From contig CM119270.1 of assembly GCA_051294375.1 (NCBI GenBank), positions 1,083,238 through 1,147,237 on the forward strand: a stretch of DNA of 64,000 nt. The letters are read 5' to 3'. Source of the stretch: Paraspadella gotoi. Lineage: Eukaryota > Animalia > Chaetognatha. Shown here piece by piece: positions 26,001 to 36,800 of this stretch (positions are counted from its first letter, which is position 1; the number at the start of each line of letters is the position of its first letter). Under the pieces are notes generated by a model. That model ran no database searches. It saw nothing but the letters and a program-made list of their open reading frames with translations, and was not told the origin of the DNA. The translations under genes and the position numbers were made by a program.

Positions 26001-26731
26001 AAAAAAATTATTAAATGAAAAGTGCGGATTTAAATTGAAGTCGATTGTCAATACATTTCATATTCGTGAGAAAAAAAATCTCTCAATTTGACTATATGTA
26101 AATGAGAATAGAGAACTCTGTCTTATTCTCATTTTCTGTTGCAAGTGAAATCTCTTACGACGAATCAATATAAAGTTAAAAATATTAAATCCTAAATCTC
26201 CCGCTTCCCTTAACGCCCTCTGCCAGACTCGTTCAGAACCTCTCCAAACCCCATTGGCGCAAACACGAATGCATCCGTCTTCTCCCCGGCCCCGTCAACG
26301 AACGATCGCAGACTCCTTCGCCCAAGGTTCGCGAGCCGTCCTCAGAGAGCAACTCCAGCGTCATTAGCGCCACCAGCGCCATGAGCGCCATCAGCCTCTC
26401 CAGCGGCACCACCTCCCCTAACTCAGCCACATCCGCCTCCTTCAACCGAACCAGCGACACAAGTCGATCCAGCGGCGGCGACACCGTCGGTAGCGGCGGC
26501 GGGAGCAGCGGCAGCGGCGGCAGCAACGGCGTCTACCGCCGGAAACGCAAAGTCCTCGTCTTCTTCATCGGCGGCGTCACATTCGCTGAAATCGCTGCGC
26601 TGCGGTTCCTGAGTCAGCAGGAGGACGCAGCAGCGGAATTCGCCGTCGGCGCCACGAAAATCATCAACGCGGATTCGTGGATGGAATCGATCGTCGGCGA
26701 CGTCGTCAAGGAGAATCTCGTCGGCGTTTGA
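23040..26731 (+). CDS. VPS33A: Sec1/Munc18-family HOPS/CORVET subunit VPS33A (about 7 exons)
   Basis: N-terminal NL..LREA.RREL.E.LD.C...[49 protein letters not shown] and C-terminal [21 protein letters not shown]. Confidence 0.93.
24636..24850. repeat. Degenerate GGAAT/GGAATT satellite in a VPS33A intron
   Basis: Repeated tggaat/ggaaatt units. Confidence 0.7.
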
Positions 26732-27837
26732 ACTCGAAGGAATGTCGGTCGATCGGTCGGTCGGTCGGTCTCTCAGTCTCTGTCTCTCAGAATGTCGTTC
26801 GTTAGAAAGTTGATGGTCGGAAAGTTTTCGCTTTGAATTGTTGTTGACTTTTTCGGTCTTGTAGGGGCACACAGTCTGTCCCTTGAAAAGGCAGGTTAAG
26901 CCATTTGTTATCATTTGAAGATGAAATAGAAAAATTATTACGACTCTTAAAGTCCGTCTAGTCATCAATTTTCCCCCCCATTTGACAGTTTAATTTTTGA
27001 TACAATGTTCTCGGTTACTGGTAATGTTTATTCTTTCTATCTTTTAAACCTTGAGTACTCTTGGCGCTGTGCGTCCTGTAATTTGATTCATATTTGACGG
27101 AAATTAATTCATCAATTCGTTCATAATTCATTACTATTTCATAATGAAATCATAACCATAGAAATTTTAACCGAAATGAGACTCGATGTCTTTTGTTTTT
27201 TCTTCGTCGTCACAAAATCAGCTGAAGAGAGAAAAAAAAAAGAAAAAAGAAAAAAGAAAAATCGGTTTTAATTCGTCAGTCGTGTTTCCTGTCGTCGTCA
27301 TTGTCGTCGTCGTCATTGTCGTCGTCGTCATGGCCGCAGGATCTCTCTCGAATCCCGAGGCCTGGGCCAGCGGGCCACACAGGAAAAAAGTCTTTCGGCT
27401 GCGTGGAATTATTTTTAGAGGCTGACGCTTTGTTTCAAAAAGAAAAAAAGTTCCTAGTTTCTTTTAGACGTAAATCCTTTCAGAAATGTGGTTATTTTAA
27501 ATAAACTTTAAGAAACTGCAAAGAGTATTATTCATTTTCGATGCCTCAAAAAACGCCAAACCGGTCAACTAAAAATGACCCTTTTATTACGTTTACGTAG
27601 TTTTCTTTTTTCCCTTCCAGAATTATTGATATTACGTTGCAACTTGCAAGTTTTGTTTCGCGTTCGTTTCGTATTTAGTATAAACAAAACAAAACTAAAA
27701 CAAACTCGGTGTTAGGTTAACTGGATGACTCGTCGTCGTTGAAAAAAATATTGTTTTCTTACGATTTTTTTGAAAATCGTCACCATCAAATATCCCAGCG
27801 ACTCCAGCCCCAGCCGTCGCCGCCTTTCCCCAGCGCG

Positions 27838-30800
27838 ATGGCGGAAGTAGACCCAGAGACTTTGCTGGAGTGGCTCCAGATGGGCAGCGGCGACGAGCGG
27901 GACATGCAGCTCATCGCGCTGGAGCAACTCTGCATGCTCCTCTTAATGTCGGACAACGTGGACCGATGCTTCGAAAGGTGAAAGTCAATTTGTCAACTTG
28001 AGTGATCCTTTTACATTAATTACTTATTTATTCACTTTTCCAGTGATCGAGGTTTTTCACTTTTGATTGTTTAACTTTACTCTTTAAACGCCCCTCCCTG
28101 CTCCAACCACTCCAGCTGCCCGCCCCGCACTTTCCTTCCGGCTTTGTGCCGCATCTTCCTCGACGAGTCCGCCCCGGACAATGTGTTGGAGGTAACGGCG
28201 CGCGCCATCACTTATTACCTCGACGTCTCGGCGGAATGCACGCGCCGAGTCGTCGGCGTCGACGGAGCCATCAAGTCGCTCTGCAACAGGTTTTTTTTGA
28301 CGATGTTGAGACGGCTTGGAGGATGTCTTTTTGGAGGATGTCTTTTTGGAGAATGCAAAGTCGAATTTGCAAAAATTAAAATTAAAAATTTTAAGGCCTT
28401 TGGTTTCGGCTGTTTTGGTTCGTGAGAAAAAATTAAGTTGTATGGCAACAGCCGGATTGCCTGTGATGCCCATTGGGATGGGGCATCTCACAGTTGGCTT
28501 TGGGGGCTTCCGACCCTCAGTGACGCCTCCTGTCATTGGCGCGGTTACCCTAGGAGGGTCTCGCTTTACCTGGGACCCAGGCGTTGCGTTCTATCCATAG
28601 TCCTAACAACTTTCCTGTGAGCCCTACTATCAAACACGCAAACTTCTCAGGGTACGCCTGGCTGGGATGGTGCGTTCCCCCTCTGAGCCAATGGGATTGG
28701 CTGAACGATGATGGATTGTGAGGCAGTGTGAATATACCGCCAAAGTGGAATATAATGTGTTTTAACAGAGCAAAAAGAATTTTGATTTCCAACATTGATG
28801 GTCTTTTTCGTGTTTTTAAAACTTTCTCATTTTGTGTCACTTACTAAGGACTACGATTTAACATAGTTATATACATATTTATAAATATATCCTTTTCAGA
28901 CTCGTGATTGTCGAGATGGAGTCAAGAACTAGCAAGGATTTAGCCGAACAATGTATTAAGGTAAATCAATGAAAGTAAGCGCGCAATAAGTATGTAAGTA
29001 AAAAAACATTAATCTAAAATCGTTTTAGGTATTGGAACTGGTGTGTCTCCGCGAGTCCGGGGCGGTCTTCGACGCTGGTGGTCTCAACTGCATCTTAACT
29101 TTCATCCGGGACAACGGAAATAAGTCAGTATTCAAAATCGGGAGACAATATGTGATTTGAACTTAGTTTATTTATTTAATTTTGATGTTAAACCCACATC
29201 AGTGTCCACAAAGACACGCTCCACTCAGCGATGAGCGTCGTCTCTCGTCTCTGTGGCAAAATCGAACCGGACAACATGTTCCTGGCCTCTTGCGTGGAGA
29301 GCCTCTCCGCTCTGCTGCAGCACGAAGATTATCAGGTGCCGCAGTTTTGGTTGAGTTGCTGCATTCGTCGTAATTTTGACAGATGGGGTGCTCCTGATAA
29401 TGGATAGTCATTCTCATTTGTTATAATTTTATTTTTTATATTTTTTTATATTTTTAAACACTTTTACAAAAGGAAGTTAAGAGCGACGAACTACAACTAG
29501 AGTTTATGTCCTACAAAAATATTCATAAGTAATGACTAATGAATATGTCAAAATTGTTATCAGTGATATGGTCATTAAAGGCATTCCTTAATCCATTATA
29601 TTTGAACAGTGGATGGTTTACGAGTTTAAAAGGTGAGCCACTTTAGTGGCACTCTTGATCATCGAAGTCGGGTATTTTAACAAAATATCTTTAAGTTATT
29701 TATGAAATATTCTAACTACTGAACGATAAAGAAAATATCGTAAAACCTCGAAATAAGCCAAAATTGAAACGGAACATAAACCAGGGGAGATTTGAAAACA
29801 ATTTCTTACTAAGAAATCATCTGCTACAAATTTAATGAAACAAAAATCATCTTTCCCTTTTCCCAGGTGGCCGACGGGGCGTTGCGCTGTTTCGCATCCC
29901 TCGCCGACCGGTTCACCCGACGCGGAACTGATCCAGCCCCTCTCGCCAAACACGGCCTCGTCGAGGAGCTGATCTCGCGGCTGGAAACGACCGCGCCCCC
30001 CTCGGGACCAGGCGGCACGCCCGCCGGCATATCCGGTGAGTTTCGTTCTCGTAGGATGGAAGGAGAAATTGGTTCGATAGTTGAGATTTACAGAATCATC
30101 CGTCGCTTTGAGATTTTTTTTTTAATTAATTAATTTTTAAAAGAATCATCCATAGCTTTTGAGATTTTTTAATTAAATTTCTTTAAAAAATGTCAACAAA
30201 AAAAAAGGGAGACGAAGGAACAATTCATTGAGAGCGAATTTTGGCGGCGAATCTGTCGCTGCGTTGGGTAAGGACGTTTGCCTCCATTTGATTATTTGCT
30301 TCGCTGCACGATTTTTTTTCTCAAATTTGCCGTGTGAGAAAGTCATGTGTGAGCGCTACTTTCTCGATGCGACCGCGAAAGCGCGCGTGATCCCGCTATG
30401 AACGCTCTTCAATGTTTCATCATTGAACAGGTTGCACTCGTCACTCGCTTTTCGTCGCACCTTTGCGCGTGCGTTGACTAATTAAGATAACCTTCAGACC
30501 CTTTTTCTTTTATCTCTTCTTATTTCCCTTTGTCCATTCCCTTTTTCTATAATCTCCTCTCATTTCCCTTTGTCCATTCCCTTTTTCGCTTCAGGAACCC
30601 CCAGCTCGGCGGCCTCCGGTACACCAGACTCCCGCGCCACTTCGCAGTCCGTCTCGACGGTCATCTCCCTCCTCTCTACTCTTTGCCGCGGATCGCCCGA
30701 AGTCACGCACAACCTTTTGAGGCTCGACCTTCTGGACGCCATAGAAAATTCGCTTCAGGTTCCTAAACCTTTGCTTAACCCCAAGAAAGCTTGGCTAAAG

Positions 30801-33800
30801 TTGAAAGCAATTCATCTTTATTTGTTCAATCGCCAGGGCGACGAGCGTTGCGTTCTAGACACGATGCGCCTCGTCGATCTTTTGCTGGTGCTGTTGTTTG
30901 AAGGGAGAAAGGCCTTACCCAAGACGGGCGCGGGTCTCGGTAAGTCAAGAAGCCACTTGCTTGGTTAGAATTGTAATATTTATTTCAAATAAACTTTCTT
31001 ATATACTTCGACTCAGGAGGCGCGGGGTCGATCTCTGGCGCCTCCTCCGGCTCTCGCATCCCTGGACTTCGACGGATGGACTCGAGCGGCGAACGATCTC
31101 ATCGCCAACTCATCGATTGCATCCGCTCCAAGGACACTGATGCACTCATCGACGCAATAGACGCAGGAGGTGAATTTTAATCAAAATGCCTCGACGATGG
31201 TCTGAACCTTGCCGCCTTACTTTTATTGCGAACTCGATAGTCACGTTGCAACGATTTTCATTGCGCATTATATTAATAATTTCTCAGGCGTGGAAGTTAA
31301 CTACATGGACGACGTGGGTCAAACTTTGCTCAACTGGGCTTCGGCCTTTGGTACGACCGAGATGGTCGAGTTTCTTTGCGAACGCGGAGCCGACGTCAAC
31401 AAAGGTCAAAGATCGTCTTCGCTTCACTACGCCGCCTGCTTTGGAAGACCACAGGCAAGAAAACGCGCGCGGGATTGTCAGAGCATTTTGTTTTGAATTG
31501 AATTGTTATACATAAAATCTGAAGCTTAAAAGTTGCAAACCTAATCATGTGTTAAGTTTCTATTTATACCAGTTTAAACCTTAATACTTAAGATTAGTAA
31601 TGGGCTGCATATTATATTTCTCGCTTTCTTTTTCTCTATATGACTAATATTACATCAGTAAAATAAAAACTGATAATTGAATGGAACAAAATCGCAATAA
31701 GAGCAACTACCATTATTAAATATATAAGCCGCCTTTTCATATGACTATTCAAATGACTAATTAGGCTTTGTTATCGTCAGGTGGCGAAGGTGCTGCTTCG
31801 TCACGGCGCCAATCCCGATTTGAGAGATGAGGACGGGAAGACGCCTTTGGACAAAGCCAGGGAACGGTGAGTAAAAATAAAAATATTTAGAATATTTTGA
31901 TTTGAGAAAAAAAATAAACAATAAATTAGTAATTACACAGCACGGCGACTTTCAAGCCAACTGTTTACATTTGCGAACGGTCAATTTGATACTCGGCCTA
32001 AAAAAAAAGTCGAATGAGGATCAAACAAAATGACTTAAAGGGTGTCTTGAAATGAGAGTTCAATATTTCAAAACCACAAATTAAAAAAAAAAAATCACGA
32101 TAACAGTTCATTCGTGAGCGACTCTCCTGTGATTGTTCAAAGTTTCCGCGAGCCAGAAGCTCCTTCCGCAGCCTTCGCGCTCGCAGCGTCTCCTCGAGAT
32201 TCCTCCGTGGACGGTCAAGAAGTGTTCCTCGACTTCTCGCGACGACGAGAATTTCTGGAAGCACTTGGGGCAGACGCGGAGGTCGGGTTCGTCGTTGAAG
32301 TGTCGACGATAGTGTTGAACTTTAAAGTCGCCCGCTTTGGAGTCTCCCGCGGAGACGAAGATAAAATCGCAGTCTGGATAACAACAACTTTTATTGGCTT
32401 CGGCGCTTGAGGAATTTAAAGCCAGGGATGTAGAGAGAGACTGCGGCTTTACAGGATGTTGAGACGGTGGTTGGCGCTGAGGTTGGGCCATTGGTTGCGT
32501 TGGTTGTTCCGTAGGAATTAGGTTTAGCGCTTGTGGTTGAAATAAAGCCTGCGCCAGCTGAAGGGACGAAGTTTCTGGCTGCAATGCTTGCACATGCTGC
32601 TGCAGCAACAACTGTTCCATTACTGGGTCCAATTGTTGCTGAGTTAAATACTGGACTATTTGTTGTGCTTGCTGGACCTTTTGTTGAATAAACTGTTGGG
32701 AAATAAACTGCTGCGCCAGTTGAACTACTTCGTGTATTGGCTGTGACGACTGAGTTTGTGACATTTGCATGAGAGCCCCAATTGACGAAAAATCGGTGAC
32801 CATTTGCGGAGTCACCGAAACCGAACTTTGTTTTGGGGGCTCGGATACAATCTGAAAAGAGTCATCCTGAGTCTGAGGTTCGGTCGTGGACGCAACTTTC
32901 CCCACTCCATTTTCTGGCTTGAAGGGTGACAGGGAATCGGTTATCGACTCCGCGGATTCCGTATTCACTTCATCCTCAGTTTGCCGATCGTTCAAATAGG
33001 CGCAAGTTTCCGCCGGCGATGGAGGCGGAGGAAATTGGTCAATTGTAGATTCGCCGACCGGACCGCGAGTGTCGCTCATCGGTGGGATAGGAGGCGGCTC
33101 CGTTTCAAAGTCGACGGTCGAGGCGGGAGAGGGCGGACGATCCTCTTCTTCACTTTGAAATGGTTTTGTGTCTTTTGTAGAGTTAAAGGAATCCACCACC
33201 GAGTCGGTCGTATATTCGTCCATCTGTCCGTCGGTCGAGGATTGCATATCGTAGGCGCAGGTCGAGGCGGGTGAAGGGGGCCCTGTTTCGTCTTTCGATT
33301 CGGATTTCATGGCGAAGGAAGTTTTGCGATCCTCGATGCGCGATTCTATTTTCAAAGGTTTCTTTTCGATCTTGTCCGCTAATGTTGAGGATTGCTGTCT
33401 TTTCAGGCTAACTGTCGTTGGTCGCTGCTGCGGCGGCTGTGGTTGTTGCGGCGTATTTTGCGGCTGCTGCGTTTTCGAATTCCACCCGTTTGTCTTTCCC
33501 GTTTCAATTTCAGTGTCGAGATCCTCTGATGGTTTGCGCCGCTTCGCCACCGGCCCCGTTGAAGAATCAGAATCTTCTCGCAATAGTTTTTTAGACGCGG
33601 GTAGATTTATAAGTGATCCATCCGTCTGTTTGGATTTATCAGTTCGTTTCTGTTCCGGTAGTTTTGGTTTTGTAAACTTTGCTACGTTAGTTGGCCTTGA
33701 TACAGTTTCTGCCAACTTATTTCGGCGATGGCCATCATATTTATTCCGATCGGATTCGTTTTTATCCCGATCGGATTCGTCTTCGTCCCGATCATTTAAT

Positions 33801-36800
33801 TCTTTATCCCGATCGGATTCGTCTTCGTCCCGATCGGTTAATTCTTTATCCCGATCGGATTCGTCCCGATCAGTTAAATCTTTATCCCGATCGGTTAATT
33901 CTTTATCCCGATCGGATTCGTCTTCGTCCCGATCAATTAAATCTTTATCCCGATCGGATTCGTCTTTATCCCTTTCCACATCTTTTCTTCCTCCATCGTC
34001 GGTCGACATTTTCCTCATCCTTTCCAAGACGACGCTGCAAGCTTTGGTCCTAGGTTTTTTCAACGGTTTTGGCTTCGACTTCGACTTGGCTTCCTGCCTC
34101 TTGGCTTCGTGGGCGCACAAATGCTCCTTCAGCTTCTTCTTTGTCATGCTACGATCGCACTCTGGGCATTTGTATGCGGAGAATCTGGTGAAAGATGCGA
34201 AGCCGTCGTGACGTTTGTGATTGTGACTGTCCCTTTCCCCGCGGCGAAAGTAGCTGCTGCACAAGGAGCAGCTATACCTGGTAAAGTGCATAAAGGGTAC
34301 GTTTTTAATCTTGCATGCTTGGCTTTATTCTATAACAAATAAATAATTGATTACTGACCGTTGTACTCGAAATAACTTTGTGACTTTGTCTGGCTCGTAA
34401 CTTTTGCAGGATTTGGTCCTCGGACTTTTAGAAGAGTATTCGTAATTTGTCGTGATGACCGTTTTCGTTGTGGTTCCGTTCTGATGTCATGAGAGAAGGA
34501 AATGATGAATAAAAAGGAAAGGTTAATACAAGATTAAATTAAATCCAAGACTTAATCCTTTGTGACGAGGGTCTCCAAAAGATTTTTAAAAGTATTTTCG
34601 CAGATGCCAGATTTCATCTCGTCACATTTTGTACTTAATTTACATTAGTATTTTTTTTTCAATTTGATGTTTTGACAAACATTTCAATAAGACTGAGTAA
34701 TAAGGTGAATGACTTACCGATTTAGTTTCGACGGTTTGTTTGACTTTGGGTTGAACATGATGCTGTACTCTGCAGTGCTGAATCATATCCGCCGTACTTG
34801 GAAATTTGTATTCACATATTTTACAAAAGCTTGAGTGACTGGTTTCCTCGTGCGCATCACGAAGGGCGAGACTCGGAAATCTCTCTTGACACAACTTGCA
34901 TCCGAAGGTGGACGTGTAGACTCCTTTCCCGCGCTCTGCGGTAATACTCTTCCATTTGGCCTGTGTTTTCTTGGCCCCCTTTGGCGTTCGGATTTTGAGC
35001 GTATCGTCTTTAGGAGCTGCATTGTGCACCTCTTTATTTTGCTTGACGGCTACCGCTTCCGGCGCCGCCTGGCTCGCGGTGACTTGAGGTTGATGAACGT
35101 GAGGAAAGTGCTTCTCACATTTGAGTCTTAAACAATTGGATTCGCCTGTCGTGATGACAGATGACGTGCAATGGCGATAATCGCATCGCCACGTTTTGTC
35201 TCTCGAGACCTGAAATTGCGGATTAGAGATTCACGTTGGTCCGCGCATTTTTTATTAAGAATTTAATTTTTCGTTAGGATCAACAGAAAGATAAGATTAA
35301 AAAAATATAATTATACTCGCCTCTTCGTCGAATCTAAGGGAGTAGATGTTGTCTTTGTAGATGACAGAACGTTTATTGGGAAGCAACAGAATTTTGTTCT
35401 CATCCATTTTCGCAGGTTTTTTTTTTCTTTTTGATTTAATGTTTTTGTACTCGTCGCTTTTCCTGGTCGTCAAAACTTCTCAAATGTTTTTCTCCCTCGT
35501 AAATGGTCCTCGGTGCTGGTGGATACCAGCTCCCGTTGTGCTGCTAATGCGGGCTGCTGCGAGCCTAGCTTTTTTTAAAAGTTGACTCCTTTGTTCACGA
35601 TAAGTGGTCGAGCGAATACTAGTTTCGTCACGTGCGCACCAGAGAGAGAGAGAAAGAAAGAGAGAGAGAGAGAGACAGAAAGAAGTTCGTCTCACTCGAT
35701 CTCCTACTCCTCTTCCAACTGATATAAATGGTCACGGTTTTTAAGGTCAACCTTCAGGGTCAAGAGATCATTTGGGTCCAGTGAAAATTTTGACCCAAAG
35801 ACGGTAGAGAGAGAGAGCGAGCGAGCAGCTGTCTCATTTCTCACTCCCCACACACAGAAACGACGAGGGTCATCGAGAGGTTGCGGGAATCCTTCAATCG
35901 CCCGGCGAGTGGATGATCGGCGAAGGTCCGAGGAGAGAGGATGAGGATTCCGCTGGGACGAACCTTAACAACACCGAAGCCTCCAAAGGTGAGTGTGAAG
36001 GGTGAGTTTGAAGTAAAGGATTATCCTTGTTTGAGGTTAGAGGGATGAGTTGACTTTTTTTTCTCTTTGCGCAAAGGGTTAAACGAGTAATCCGCTTGAG
36101 TTTATCCGCCAACTTAAGAATTAGTTGAGATTATTTAAGTTGGAAGTTTTTCTTTCGATCTCATTCGACTCTCGTTCGTTCGCGGGATAAATTTAAAAAA
36201 AAAACTATCGAAGAGTTTTACGTGGAGAGTTTGAACTTTGTCGTCTTTTACCGTTCGGCGGAAAACTGGAAAAGTTCAAGTGTTAACCGCCTCCAACATG
36301 TTGAAAAGTTTTAACGTATCTCGTGTTAATTTGGAAGAGAAAGAGAGAGAGTGAGTGAAACCAGAGAGAGCGAGCATTCAAGTCACCTTGTTTTGTCATG
36401 TTTGACTTCCCCCCAAACAGAGAAAATTACCTAAAAACACAGTTTAACATGCAATGAACCCAGGCACGCGATGATCAAATTAGTTATGTTGAAACGACAT
36501 TTGAAACTTGAAACGAAAATTTTGTGTGATGAAATTGTAAGTGTAGCCTATATTATAAAACAAAATTCGAAGCGATGTTAAGTTTACTGTTTTAACTTTC
36601 TCTAATCTCTATCGAGCATTAACTTTTCTTGCTTTAAGAATTTTAGAAACTCCCAAAAAACCAGAATATTTCCTTTAACGAGAAATGCGAAAAACTATAA
36701 ATAGGCCATTGCTCAGCGGGAAACTGCCTCGGCGTTTTATTTCAATGATTCGCAGAATTTTTATTATACATAATCAGTGACTTATTACAGAGATACATCG

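Noticed and set aside
28439-28480. SRP/7SL Alu-domain-like start (GCCGG..TGCCTGT..CCCA)
   Set aside because: The similarity is limited to a few bases, and no SRP helix 6/8 motifs are recognisable.
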